From positions 248,001-312,000 of IMG/VR virus record IMGVR_UViG_3300030385_002649: 64,000 nucleotides of DNA, one strand, 5' to 3'. The notes beneath the pieces are model-generated. The model was not told the DNA's origin, ran no database searches, and saw only the letters and a program-made list of their open reading frames with translations. The translations under genes were made by a program, and so were the position numbers. How positions within the stretch are numbered: the first letter of the stretch is position 1; every line of letters starts with the position of its first letter. Below, in pieces: positions 27,189 to 37,295 of this stretch.

Positions 27189-27494
27189 ATGAATGTAGTC
27201 TCAGATTTAGCGCATTATCGCTATTTAAACGAATGGAAACCAGAAATTGGTGATACAGTAATCTACCACGGGTGGTTGTACAGCCACTGGTATGGCATTA
27301 TCAGCGGAATCAATCCTGCCGATCACACTCTCGCCGTCATCCATAAAGGTCTTCCAGTTTTAATGTTGACATTAGATCCAGGTGAATATGAAAAAAACAC
27401 AACCATCATTCCGATCTCAGATATCAGGAAAAGTACTGGAGGAAAGTATGCCGTCCAAAGAGCAACCGGAGGAAACATCGTCTGGTTTATCTAA
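27189..27494 (+). CDS. hypothetical protein
   Basis: ORF. Confidence 0.55.
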   Translation: MNVVSDLAHYRYLNEWKPEIGDTVIYHGWLYSHWYGIISGINPADHTLAVIHKGLPVLMLTLDPGEYEKNTTIIPISDIRKSTGGKYAVQRATGGNIVWFI

Positions 27495-28080
27495 GCTACC
27501 CTCCCTCATAGCCTACCCCAGAATCCCAACTCTAAAAGAAGTTGAAGAAGAGATGGCGGGACAATTTGTCTATGTCGTTAAGGGTTATGAAGAAGAAGGT
27601 CTTTGTATCCTCATAAAAAGAGACCCGCATAGCGACGAAGTTTTCCTAAAAATCGGAGACTTCGATGGTGAGCCGATTATCTTGACAGACGATAAGCACC
27701 CTTTACAAGAAACGGCTCTTCGATTTGCTGCTGAAGAATCATCAAACTTCGTCGAGATGATGAGGATGCTTGGCATCGAGCAAATGATTTTTTATATTTC
27801 TGTCACAGACGACGGGATGAAGCTGGTAGATTTAAGGGCTTCAATCGATAAATTCTATGGGCCTGGTATGATTAGGGATTTGTTCGCCAAGATTTTCCCT
27901 GTCCAAGAGGTCATCAAAACAACGAATGTGACAGTCGAGGTCCTCGAAGCCATCTATAACAATGAAGGATCTTTCCAAGGGGACATTATCCTAAAGTGCA
28001 GCAAATTTAAAACAGTAGTGAAAGGCAAGGAACTGTTGCCTCTCTACGCTAAAATAAAAAGGAAGAAAAAACGTGAGTAA
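27448..28080 (+). CDS. hypothetical protein
   Basis: ORF 27382..28080; ATG 27448 with GGAGG. Confidence 0.6.
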   Translation: MPSKEQPEETSSGLSKLPSLIAYPRIPTLKEVEEEMAGQFVYVVKGYEEEGLCILIKRDPHSDEVFLKIGDFDGEPIILTDDKHPLQETALRFAAEESSNFVEMMRMLGIEQMIFYISVTDDGMKLVDLRASIDKFYGPGMIRDLFAKIFPVQEVIKTTNVTVEVLEAIYNNEGSFQGDIILKCSKFKTVVKGKELLPLYAKIKRKKKRE

Positions 28081-28648
28081 CACGTGGACACTAGTATTGA
28101 ACAAACATTGGACCCCAATTACGGTAACATCCGTATTTCGCGCAATCACATTGATGTGCCGAGGATCCGCTGTTGCTATCGATCCAGTGTCCTACCAACA
28201 GTTCGACCTAGAATCATGGACAGACAAGTCTAACGAGAACGCGGGCGAACTCGAAAAAGACAAAATAATCAGACTGACTAACGGGATTATTGAAAAGCCA
28301 GAAATTATTATCTTGACGACTTACGGCGGAGTCCCTTATATAGAGGTTAACTTCAGCAGGAGAAACCTTTACAAGAGAGACAAATACAAATGTCAGTACT
28401 GCATGAAGTCTTTTAAAACAGATGAACTTTCTATCGACCACGTTATCCCAAGGGCTCGTAACGGCATTACTAGCTGGGAAAACTGCGTGGCTGCTTGTAA
28501 AGCTTGTAACTCCAAGAAAGCTGACCGCCCGTTGCGAGATACTAAGTTCAGATTAAGGAAGAAACCTGAAGCCCCAAGATGGAGCCCAATCGTCAGTTTT
28601 CTTCCTGTTGTTCGCCCAAATAGCTGGGCGAACTTCATCAAAACATAA
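28073..28648 (+). CDS. HNH endonuclease
   Basis: LVLN, RD...CQYC, SIDHVIPR, WENCVAAC..CN..K. Confidence 0.92.
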   Translation: MSNTWTLVLNKHWTPITVTSVFRAITLMCRGSAVAIDPVSYQQFDLESWTDKSNENAGELEKDKIIRLTNGIIEKPEIIILTTYGGVPYIEVNFSRRNLYKRDKYKCQYCMKSFKTDELSIDHVIPRARNGITSWENCVAACKACNSKKADRPLRDTKFRLRKKPEAPRWSPIVSFLPVVRPNSWANFIKT

Positions 28649-28651
28649 TAT

Positions 28652-29083
28652 ATGGGTAGACTTTCATCTGTTCAACGTAGAAACAATCAAGGTCTAATCG
28701 CAGAGGCCGGATTCGTCCCTTATATGGGTGGTACCGAATCCGGCCTTCCCCGTAAGCAGATGGTGACTCCTGAGGGTTCGCCAGCCGGACAAATCAACCA
28801 GATCGGCGAACTTGGACAGGCTGGCGAACTGGGGGAAGATCCTGGCATGCCCATTGGTGGAAACGAAGCCGAGATGGCTTTAGAAGAAATCAAAAAGATC
28901 CGCCAATGCCTTGGGACCTTAGAAGAATCGTCTGTCTCACTAGAACAAATGTTAAACGGCATGTTTAACAACGAGACAGTCAGATTGTCTAAAATTGCGT
29001 CTTACTTAACTGCTGTTGTCGAAAAACTAGAGGGAACTCTTGTCAAACACGTATCGACCGACAGCCTGAATGATCTTGGTTAG
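28652..29083 (+). CDS. hypothetical protein, possibly internal head protein
   Basis: IAE motif near the N-terminus; AAAACATAA upstream. Confidence 0.5.
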   Translation: MGRLSSVQRRNNQGLIAEAGFVPYMGGTESGLPRKQMVTPEGSPAGQINQIGELGQAGELGEDPGMPIGGNEAEMALEEIKKIRQCLGTLEESSVSLEQMLNGMFNNETVRLSKIASYLTAVVEKLEGTLVKHVSTDSLNDLG

Positions 29084-29107
29084 TATCTAAACCTCTGGAG
29101 ACAGAGA

Positions 29108-29665
29108 ATGATCATTTTTATGAGCGGATTTCCGCAAGCTGGTAAGAGCAAGTTTGTTAGTATCTTGTTGGAGCAATTCGCTAGCGAGGAAGAAAAAATC
29201 GTAGATCCGATTGTTCTGAATCCTAAGGGCTTATTGCCAGATGACTTCGATGAACTGCCAGACAAGGACCAGAGGTCATGGCAGATCTCATCCTGGGAGA
29301 TCTGTCTAGAACAAGCCATGCACGAAATCGACGATAGGGAAAATTCGGAACTCATTATCTTGGATACAGCAGCCGCTCAAGCCGACATCATGCGTCCTTT
29401 CTTCACTAGAGCAAGGAAACGGGACCATCATGTTGTCTACATTTTTGTCCATTCAAACTTCGAAGAAAGGCAATCTAGGACAGACGCAGATCTGTCTAAA
29501 TTCCAAGAATACTACTCAGATTCTTTCAAGGTTACTGTTCCCCATTTGAAGAAGTTGGCAGACTATTCAATCGTTATTAGGAATCCTAACGACTCTGAGT
29601 ACATAAAACTTAAAGACTCAGCAAAAACTGTTGTTAAAGTGTTCAAGGAAAATAGCGAGAAGTGA
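29108..29665 (+). CDS. P-loop kinase (AAA_33/zeta-like fold)
   Basis: N-terminal GFPQAGKS, IILD Walker B, lid Arg. Confidence 0.7.
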   Translation: MIIFMSGFPQAGKSKFVSILLEQFASEEEKIVDPIVLNPKGLLPDDFDELPDKDQRSWQISSWEICLEQAMHEIDDRENSELIILDTAAAQADIMRPFFTRARKRDHHVVYIFVHSNFEERQSRTDADLSKFQEYYSDSFKVTVPHLKKLADYSIVIRNPNDSEYIKLKDSAKTVVKVFKENSEK

Positions 29666-29672
29666 ACTAAAT

Positions 29673-31649
29673 ATGGCAAGGATGCTCGAATATCTCAATT
29701 CACAAAGCCATACTATTCAGCTTTCGTCTCCGGAACGCAAAATAATCAAGGTTCCAGCTAACACTAAAATCATTTTGTCTGATTGGTACCTAAGTTATTG
29801 TCCAAAATATCTGAGGGTCGTAAGAGAAGTCAGCGGCGATCTGGCGTCCAAGATAGCCCCGAAGCCTATCGAGAGCATTCTAAAATACCGAAAACAGGAG
29901 AACAAGCCTCAGGCCCGCAAAGCCAAGCCAGCTCAAAAGAGAAAAACGGACAGACGCAAGATCCGCCAAGGTAAAGCCGGGGCAAGGCCAAAACCCGCAA
30001 ACAGTAGGCCGATAAGACCTCCGGCCAAAGGAGCGAAAGCACAAACCCCGGCGCGCATCGCCGAGGCTCGAAGCCCAACAGTCGGACGACAAATGCGTCA
30101 GAGCGGGCGCAAATTGTTCAACGAAGCCATCCAAAAGAACGGATGGACTATCTCTAACAACATTGGCGTTGGAATCTTAAGCTTCAACAGACTAAAATCG
30201 CTACAAAGACTTATCGGATCGATTAGAAAATACTCAGACTTAAGGAGATTAACCGTTTTTGTAAGCGATGAGTCAACCGACGCTTCGGTAAAAGCATGGC
30301 TAAAAAAACAAACCGACCTCGTCGTATTGACAGACCAAAGCAGATTAGGGATTGCTGGAAATAGCAATAGATTGATTAGATGTCTTAGCAGGTTCGAACA
30401 TTGCTTCTTGTTAAACGATGATGTCGAGATCGCAAGAAGCGATTGGGCTGATTTTTATATCGGGGCTTCAAAAGCTACAGGAATAAAGCACTTTTGCTTT
30501 CACCAGCCTGGAGTATATGGGGCCAAAAGAAATGGCACCATCACAAACAAGGGCGGATATAAAATCGAAACCATCAAAGAAAAACCGCACGGCGCTTTGA
30601 TGTATTATACCAATGCGGTCTTCCAAAAAGTGGGATTCTTCGACGAACGATTCGGTATGTACGGAGCAGAGCATGTCGATTGGTCAGAAAGAGTAAGCTT
30701 TTCAGGAATCCAACAGCAGGGTTATCACGATCTCCTAAATTCAGAGAATTATTTCAAGATCCACCAAGAAAAAAGCGTGGTCCCAGAAAGGGCTAGAGAA
30801 CTCCAAAAAGGCAGAACTTTATGGAAAGAAATACGTAGTCGAGAGAGGGTATATGTAAACCCAACGCACAAATCGAATATACCATCGATCACTGTAATCG
30901 TTCCATTGCGCAATATAGGAAGGCAAGCAGCTACAGAAGTGATCATAAATTCGGTTAGATCACAATTGTTTCCTAATGTCGAAATCATTTTAGTTGAGCA
31001 GGACGAAACTAGGAAATTTAATACCCAAAAAGTGATGCCAATTCAGTATATGCACGCCAAGAACAAGCATAAAGGACAGCCGTTTACTAAAGCTTTAGCA
31101 TTCAATTTGGGTGTTAGTAAAGCCAAATACAACAAAGTTGTCCTCCAAGACGCTGATATTATGTGTTCGTCCGGTTATCTTAGGAAGGTTCACACGCTGT
31201 TAGACTCTTTCGAAGGGGTACACATTGGGTCGAAAGTTTTATATCTTAGTCAGAAGTCTTCAAACGACGTTGTCAAAACTGGCATCCTAACTGACAAGAA
31301 TGATTGCGAACGTGCTGTCGGGTATTTCGAAGGTGGGTCTTTAGCTTGTACTAAGCGAGCGTATTTCAAAGTTGGTGGATTTAACGAACAGTTTGAAGGT
31401 TATGGTGTCGAAGACTGCGATTTCTTTGATCGTCTCAAGAATTTCACTAAGAAATTTAACAACGTGCGAACCGAAGATTTCGTCCATTTGTGGCATGGTC
31501 GCACTGACGGCTGGGAACGCTACCATCACAAAAACAAGAAAATAGCAGAGAAAATAAAGAAGAAAAACACTCCGACCGCATATGTTGAATCTCTCGTAGC
31601 AAGATTGAGAGTCTCTTATCCAGTCGCGGTTAAAGAACTAAGCATTTAA
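29673..31649 (+). CDS. two-domain GT-A (GT2-like) glycosyltransferase with basic N-terminal extension
   Basis: ILSFNR, DES.D, LNDD, GFFDERF..YG.EH; second domain VEQD, QDAD, GGFNE.F.GYG.ED. Confidence 0.88.
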   Translation: MARMLEYLNSQSHTIQLSSPERKIIKVPANTKIILSDWYLSYCPKYLRVVREVSGDLASKIAPKPIESILKYRKQENKPQARKAKPAQKRKTDRRKIRQGKAGARPKPANSRPIRPPAKGAKAQTPARIAEARSPTVGRQMRQSGRKLFNEAIQKNGWTISNNIGVGILSFNRLKSLQRLIGSIRKYSDLRRLTVFVSDESTDASVKAWLKKQTDLVVLTDQSRLGIAGNSNRLIRCLSRFEHCFLLNDDVEIARSDWADFYIGASKATGIKHFCFHQPGVYGAKRNGTITNKGGYKIETIKEKPHGALMYYTNAVFQKVGFFDERFGMYGAEHVDWSERVSFSGIQQQGYHDLLNSENYFKIHQEKSVVPERARELQKGRTLWKEIRSRERVYVNPTHKSNIPSITVIVPLRNIGRQAATEVIINSVRSQLFPNVEIILVEQDETRKFNTQKVMPIQYMHAKNKHKGQPFTKALAFNLGVSKAKYNKVVLQDADIMCSSGYLRKVHTLLDSFEGVHIGSKVLYLSQKSSNDVVKTGILTDKNDCERAVGYFEGGSLACTKRAYFKVGGFNEQFEGYGVEDCDFFDRLKNFTKKFNNVRTEDFVHLWHGRTDGWERYHHKNKKIAEKIKKKNTPTAYVESLVARLRVSYPVAVKELSI

Positions 31650-31675
31650 AAACCAGTAATTAATCCAAAGGCTGG

Positions 31676-32713
31676 TTGGATGTGGCTGAAAAACTGCGGA
31701 TCTTATGTTGTAACCCCGACGGAGGGGCGTTCTTCTATATTACTAAAGGTTGGGAAAACGCTTTTAAAGCCTTGGGGCACGATTTTGTTAGGTGGAAAGG
31801 CGATTTAGCAACGCTAGAGAAATATAAGCCACATTTGTATCTTGGTTGCTCTGGCTGGAGGCAGAAATTTCCAGTCGGCAAATACGACACTAAAATTGGT
31901 ATCCATGTCAATCCGTGGGGATCAACCGTGTTGAAGCCAGAACCCAGAGAACCAGATATCAATGAGCCAGCTGAGGCTAGAAAATGGACTCTAGCACAAA
32001 AACCGGATTTCGTTTATTGCTATGGAGGCGCTCACGATATCCCGACCATGTGGAACCTTTGGCAAGAGAAAACCGGAATCCCAGTTGTTCCAATGCCAAC
32101 CGGTGGAGACGCGGTCGTTCATAAACCAGTCAACCCTGACTCGAAATACGTGTGTGATGTAGGGTTTGTTGGGGGTTATTGGCCATATAAAGCTATGAAC
32201 ATCGACAAATTTCTTACTCCCGTCATTAAGAAGTACAACTCTAGAGTGTATGGATGGGGAGGCTGGAAACATATTGGCAATAAATCTAAAGGCCCCATCG
32301 AAGACCATGAAGTCAATAAGCTCTTTTCTTCGGCCAAGATTTGTCCTGCGATATCAGAACCTCACACTATAAGGTACGGTATTGATATTCCTGAAAGGAT
32401 TTGGAAAGTTCCACTCGGCGGCGGCTTCACTATTTCGGACCCTGTAAAAAATCTTGATAAGTATATTAGCTATAACGACTTCATCACAGCAAGAAACCCG
32501 CAGGAATACGCTAACTTAATCGCACATTATCTGCCACGAGAAGAAGCTAGAAAGAAGTTAGCAAAACGGCAAAGACTTGCCGTCCTTAAAGATCATACTT
32601 ATTTTAGTAGAATTCAAGGTTTTTTAAGGCAATGTGGGTTCGATGCGGAAGCTGATGAGGCTCAGAGAATGGTTGACAAATTAGTGAAAGAAGCTGAAAA
32701 TGAAGTGGTATAG
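31676..32713 (+). CDS. GT-B glycosyltransferase (CgeB-like)
   Basis: DVGFVGG, YGWGGW, SAKI, ER.W....GGF.ISD, HTY..R. Confidence 0.82.
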   Translation: MDVAEKLRILCCNPDGGAFFYITKGWENAFKALGHDFVRWKGDLATLEKYKPHLYLGCSGWRQKFPVGKYDTKIGIHVNPWGSTVLKPEPREPDINEPAEARKWTLAQKPDFVYCYGGAHDIPTMWNLWQEKTGIPVVPMPTGGDAVVHKPVNPDSKYVCDVGFVGGYWPYKAMNIDKFLTPVIKKYNSRVYGWGGWKHIGNKSKGPIEDHEVNKLFSSAKICPAISEPHTIRYGIDIPERIWKVPLGGGFTISDPVKNLDKYISYNDFITARNPQEYANLIAHYLPREEARKKLAKRQRLAVLKDHTYFSRIQGFLRQCGFDAEADEAQRMVDKLVKEAENEVV

Positions 32714-32954
32714 CGGGACTATAGAACATAAGGGACATGACGTTCTTATTGAGGGAACGTTCACTGATTCTGTTGTTAGAATTACAGCTAATGGTTACCA
32801 ATTATATGAGAAAGCGATAAATTTTTGGGCATACCAAGAAGTCAATGCCTCTGATATATTCGATAAGTATCAGGGAATGGTAAGAAAATGCGAGAAGAAA
32901 GTTGCTCTACTTGTAGATTCTGGAATTATAGCTTCAGAAGAACGAGACGTATAA
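32700..32954 (+). CDS. hypothetical protein
   Basis: ORF within the operon. Confidence 0.5.
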   Translation: MKWYSGTIEHKGHDVLIEGTFTDSVVRITANGYQLYEKAINFWAYQEVNASDIFDKYQGMVRKCEKKVALLVDSGIIASEERDV

Positions 32955-32999
32955 AAGAGTATTTAAAATATTAGTAGCTAAAGGCTAAGGATAAAATAA

Positions 33000-33710
33000 A
33001 TGACTACAGCAACTCAAACAGCACAAAATACAGAGACTCAAACTAAGAAAACGCTAATTGTACTGTCAGGTAAGACACAAAAATGGTGCCAAAGAATTGC
33101 AGGCATCGCAATGCGAAGAGCCTTTAAAGTCAAGGCTTATCAAAGCGTTCTTGACGAAATGACTAAAAAGGGTGGTCAAGACCAGTTCACTTTCTCTGTC
33201 CTTCCAAAGATTTATCATCGCAAGCGCATCAGCCACACCGACGGACAAGGAAGGATCTTCCTGCACCCCGAGTTCTTCAATGATAACGGGGGTCTCCGCA
33301 AGAAAATTGGCAAAGAATCGAGAGACGAATTGAAAGCCGCTATTTTCAAGGAAGTTGTCCAGCACCACCTCAAGAGAACTAATATTGAGTTTTTCAAGGT
33401 GATGGTACGATGCCCATGGGTTGGGAAAAGAGTGACTGGCGCGGAAGGCTCAGATCAGTCTGCTCGTTCGATCCTTGAAGGTCGCAAGCAAGATAAGAAA
33501 ACCACCAAACGCAAGATGCACGAAGTCTCAACTGGCCTAAAAGAAGAAGTTAGATTCTGGGATCTTACGGCACGCAAACACGTAACAGTTATGGCCGACA
33601 TTTTCCTTGCTGATGGTAAAATTAAGATTGCTCGCGCTGAGCGCGATGGTCGCAAACTTCGGACGATGTTGAAAGGTGCTGAGACCGTTAAAACAAAACT
33701 CAGTCTTTGA
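33000..33710 (+). CDS. basic hypothetical protein
   Basis: AAGGA RBS; GTATTT motif upstream. Confidence 0.65.
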   Translation: MTTATQTAQNTETQTKKTLIVLSGKTQKWCQRIAGIAMRRAFKVKAYQSVLDEMTKKGGQDQFTFSVLPKIYHRKRISHTDGQGRIFLHPEFFNDNGGLRKKIGKESRDELKAAIFKEVVQHHLKRTNIEFFKVMVRCPWVGKRVTGAEGSDQSARSILEGRKQDKKTTKRKMHEVSTGLKEEVRFWDLTARKHVTVMADIFLADGKIKIARAERDGRKLRTMLKGAETVKTKLSL

Positions 33711-34343
33711 TCAGGAAGGCCAATGCCTAACGATCAAAGCGTCGAACGCTAAGTTATTGCTTGTGTCAGCGGCAGTTAGGGCTAGAGCCGTAGTGAGATC
33801 TTCACTTCCTACTGTGCGAGTAAAAATGGCCCCTTGAGTACCGCCAGCAGGGCCTAATGCTATGCTTACACCGGCCAGCTGCGAAGCGGATCCAGTTCGT
33901 ATAATTGTCCCTCTGACTATAAATTCTTGAAAACTGCTAAGAATTGTATTAGTGAATATTGTTGTCGCTCCTAAAGAAATTGTTAGTATGTCAGTGCTTC
34001 CTCCGCTAGTGTTCCGTCCCCAAACCTCAAAAGAGATATTTTCGCCGGTAGCGTTTAGGGTATTAGCGGGTAGAGTCCGAGTAGCATCGGACCCAGTGCC
34101 TGGTGATGTAGAGGTGCTTTCTGTTTCTGGAACTCCAGTAATACCCGCATGATCTAGAGACGCGTGAGCTGCGATAGTCAAATCGCCAACTCCAGTGATA
34201 CCAGTGTGATCTAGAGTCGCATGAGCTGCGATGGTCAAATCGCCAACTCCAGTAATACCAGTGTGGTCTAGAACCGCGTGAGCCGAGACCGCTGCGTCTG
34301 CTGCTTCTAACGGTGACTTTCCGTCGTCTATAAAAAGTGGCAT
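33711..34343 (-). CDS. putative virion fibre protein with 19-aa repeats
   Basis: AHAxLDHTGITGVGDLTIA about 3 times. Confidence 0.6.
   Translation of the reverse strand: MPLFIDDGKSPLEAADAAVSAHAVLDHTGITGVGDLTIAAHATLDHTGITGVGDLTIAAHASLDHAGITGVPETESTSTSPGTGSDATRTLPANTLNATGENISFEVWGRNTSGGSTDILTISLGATTIFTNTILSSFQEFIVRGTIIRTGSASQLAGVSIALGPAGGTQGAIFTRTVGSEDLTTALALTAADTSNNLAFDALIVRHWPS
34131..34283 (-). repeat. 57-nt coding tandem repeat (about 2.7 copies)
   Basis: aactccagt recurs at 34131, 34188 and 34245. Confidence 0.85.
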
Positions 34344-34345
34344 GG

Positions 34346-35947
34346 CTATTCTTTCCTAACAAATGGTGTTCCGACATAAAGTTCTTCGCCAGAATCGATG
34401 TGAGCTTCAACAACGACAAAAAATCTGCGTTCGCCAGTTGGTTGAGAGCTAAGGTTAGTATCGGTCAATGTTATGACAATCCTACTGCCGGTAGCTTCGG
34501 GCGTAAGAATGCCAGTATAGACCGGTGTTGCTCCAGAGCCTTCGGCGTAGATCTTTATAAGATATTCTGGAGTGGGCCCAGTTGGTCCGCTTCCCTTTAT
34601 AGGGATTTTGATAGACGTGATCTTGGATTGTGTGCTTCTAAGTTGACCTTGCCATTCTATGTTAGCACGCCCCGAAGCGACTGTCGAGGCGACTTTAGAC
34701 CAGGTTTCAAAATCACCGGAAAAGTCAGCGGACACCTGTTCAGCATTAACGCCAGAAACAGAAATGATTCTATAATCCCGGTTAACCAAATAACTTTCAT
34801 CAAACTCGGTAGAAACTCCAATAGCTGGAGCAATGCCGAGAGTCATGGTAATAGAAATTACTTGTAAGTCGCCGACATGCTCGCCAGTTCCCGCATCACG
34901 CCTAGCAAGTTTCAAAATAACAGAATCGCCACGAGCTAAAGCCGAACCTGATATCGACCTGATTACGACAGTTCTTCTGATAGAGGTATCGCTAGGAGGG
35001 CTTAATAGGAACGTCTGAGAACTTATCGCATCAATGGTGCCATCGACAGTATTGGCGATTTGGCCATCGGTATCCAGAAGAACACTGGCTGAAGCATCAG
35101 GCGAAGACATCGCATATGTTATTCTGAACTGAGCATCGGACGTTTCATTCCAGTGATCCGGGATTTGAAATGTCACCTTTTGTTCAGTGTCGCCTCCGCC
35201 AGTACCAAGACTAGAAGGGTAATCAACAGTTTCAAAATCTTGGATGTTACCAGCTGTTGAAGACGGCTCATCTGTGTTCAAAAAGAAATCTGATGTTATC
35301 GAGATGACACGTGTTTGGATTTGGCCTGTATAGCGATAAGAATAGGCGATTCTATGTAGGTCACCTAAGTGGTCTAGACTTGGGTTGCTGCCTGGCCTAA
35401 CTATAGTGACAACAACTGCGTCTCCAGCTGCAAAGTCTCCTTCTACTATCGAAAACAATGTTTCTCTTGTTGTAGCGGTTGAACTAGGAGGAATAATGGC
35501 TATTGGAACTCTGCCAGGAGGGTTGTCAATAACTCCTGTTACGATGTCAGCGATTGTCAAGTCAACTTCGAGCAAAACATCAGCAGCCGGATCGGCAGTA
35601 GACATTTTGTAGGTCATTAGAATTTCGATATCGCCAGAATCGTAGTCCTCTGGAACAGAAAACTCAAACCTTTCACCTCTAGCGTCTCCGGCTACGAAAT
35701 TGCCTCCAGCAAAATCAGAAACTGCAATTAGGGCTGGTTGCGCAATTACCTCTGTTCCATTTAAGAGCGGCAAAGCGATTGGGATACCTACGGAGATTGG
35801 ACCGGTGGGAGCTAACCCTCCGCCGCCTCCGGTTCCTGTGGACTCTTCGAAAGACGGTACCAGCGCTCCAGCTGTTAAAACGTAACCAGATGTTGTTCCG
35901 GTTGGCTGTGCGATCTGGTCTGGTCTTGGTCCATTACGTGCTGGCAT
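34346..35947 (-). CDS. putative virion structural protein
   Basis: acidic and T/S/G-rich; internal domain duplication; C-terminal domain paralogous to the 35952 gene. Confidence 0.65.
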   Translation of the reverse strand: MPARNGPRPDQIAQPTGTTSGYVLTAGALVPSFEESTGTGGGGGLAPTGPISVGIPIALPLLNGTEVIAQPALIAVSDFAGGNFVAGDARGERFEFSVPEDYDSGDIEILMTYKMSTADPAADVLLEVDLTIADIVTGVIDNPPGRVPIAIIPPSSTATTRETLFSIVEGDFAAGDAVVVTIVRPGSNPSLDHLGDLHRIAYSYRYTGQIQTRVISITSDFFLNTDEPSSTAGNIQDFETVDYPSSLGTGGGDTEQKVTFQIPDHWNETSDAQFRITYAMSSPDASASVLLDTDGQIANTVDGTIDAISSQTFLLSPPSDTSIRRTVVIRSISGSALARGDSVILKLARRDAGTGEHVGDLQVISITMTLGIAPAIGVSTEFDESYLVNRDYRIISVSGVNAEQVSADFSGDFETWSKVASTVASGRANIEWQGQLRSTQSKITSIKIPIKGSGPTGPTPEYLIKIYAEGSGATPVYTGILTPEATGSRIVITLTDTNLSSQPTGERRFFVVVEAHIDSGEELYVGTPFVRKE

Positions 35948-35951
35948 ATGA

Positions 35952-36542
35952 TTACTCTTGTGTCACAAACGGTCTACTGCAGTCTAGTATTTGCCCATCG
36001 TCTAAAGAGCACTCTACGACTACATGATAACGCTTTTGGTTAATAGGTTGGGCCGTCAATGATACTTCATCAATTGAAAATTCGGTAGAAACAGAAGGAG
36101 CATCCAAAACTGCAGACTCGAAAATCGGATTAGCCGTTGTCGCCCCTTCTGCGTAAACTTTTATAACAAAAGTAGGGGGGGTTGTTGGACTCCCATTAGA
36201 GTCTCCAACAACGTTCATCCTTATTTTGAAGATTCTCTCTTGTTTGTCGCTTAGCCTTCCGCTCCAAGCAATATCAATGCTTTGGCTGTCCGAAAAAGCC
36301 TCAACTCTATCGTAAGCTTCGAAATCGCCAACTAAATCTGGGAAAACCGAGTCGCCAGAAATTTGAGCAGTTGGGTTCCCAAAAACACCAGGCCCTAATA
36401 GAACTTCAGCGCCCGGCGAGTCCCAGTCAGGCGACGCTACGTCTGGGTTGGTGCTTCCGGCTAATTGGGACGATATTGCTTGGCCTGGTCTGGTTGCAGA
36501 AGCCTGGCTAAATTGGTTTGGCTGCGGGCCGTATTTAGGCAT
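35952..36542 (-). CDS. putative virion structural protein (paralog of the downstream gene)
   Basis: shares IK.YAEG, QP...R..VVVE and PFV..E with 34346..35947. Confidence 0.65.
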   Translation of the reverse strand: MPKYGPQPNQFSQASATRPGQAISSQLAGSTNPDVASPDWDSPGAEVLLGPGVFGNPTAQISGDSVFPDLVGDFEAYDRVEAFSDSQSIDIAWSGRLSDKQERIFKIRMNVVGDSNGSPTTPPTFVIKVYAEGATTANPIFESAVLDAPSVSTEFSIDEVSLTAQPINQKRYHVVVECSLDDGQILDCSRPFVTQE

Positions 36543-36596
36543 CTTCGTCACTCGTTAGGTTGGTGCACAATCTTGAGATCATAGTTTATTTTTGGA

Positions 36597-36610
36597 CTAG
36601 TTTAAACTAG
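36597..36610. promoter_or_regulatory. 14-bp perfect palindrome in a divergent intergenic region
   Basis: CTAGTTTAAACTAG. Confidence 0.4.
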
Positions 36611-36650
36611 ATTCTGACTGAGATTGTACGTATGAACGAGAAGGTGAACC

Positions 36651-37283
36651 GTGATACGAGTGGAGCAATCTTTTGTACTATATGCTAATTGCCGAGTAGA
36701 TTATAACGGAAGAGCCAAATCGTTTTTAGAAGACGGCAATTTTCTTATAATGCACAAGAGCGATGGCACGCTTCTCATCCACGGAGGAACTTTATGCACC
36801 CCCAGGAATTATCAGCCTCCCGGGGCAATCCTTAAAATTGACGGAGGCAAGTTAGTCTCTGATCGTAAGGATGAAAAAATTGTGATCACCATAAACGAAC
36901 GATTAGACTATAGAGAATTAAAAGAATGGGCCACACATAAGATCGATATTTGCAAAACGGAAGACGACCTTAGGTGTTATATCGCAGACAACGCTGCCAG
37001 TCTATTAGGCGTTACCCCAAAAGAAATCCATAAAGAGTTTAGAACTCCAGTAGGACCAGTTGATCTCTTAGTGATAGACGACCGAGATACTTATCACGTC
37101 ATAGAAGTTAAAAGAGGTAGTGCCAGTTTGCAATCCGTAAGTCAACTTACAAGATACTCAGATTATTTTATTGATGTTGAGAAAAACGTTTGCGACTATG
37201 TTGCGTCCCCTAAAATCAGCAAAAATGCTTTAAGACTTATGGGGGAACAAAATCAGGTTTGGTTGCAAGTAGACCACCAATAG
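36651..37283 (+). CDS. nucS: NucS/EndoMS mismatch endonuclease
   Basis: C.V.Y.GR..S.L, K.DG.LLIH, P.NYQP, EF.T.VGPVDLL..D, IEVKR, V.QL.RY. Confidence 0.88.
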   Translation: MIRVEQSFVLYANCRVDYNGRAKSFLEDGNFLIMHKSDGTLLIHGGTLCTPRNYQPPGAILKIDGGKLVSDRKDEKIVITINERLDYRELKEWATHKIDICKTEDDLRCYIADNAASLLGVTPKEIHKEFRTPVGPVDLLVIDDRDTYHVIEVKRGSASLQSVSQLTRYSDYFIDVEKNVCDYVASPKISKNALRLMGEQNQVWLQVDHQ

Positions 37284-37295
37284 TATCTTAAAAAG

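Noticed and set aside
28073-28648. HNH gene as a mobile homing element
   Set aside because: It is a common stand-alone HNH type, sits in the operon, and shows no obvious compositional anomaly.
34131-34283. CRISPR array
   Set aside because: It is a contiguous in-frame coding repeat with synonymous variation and no unique spacers.
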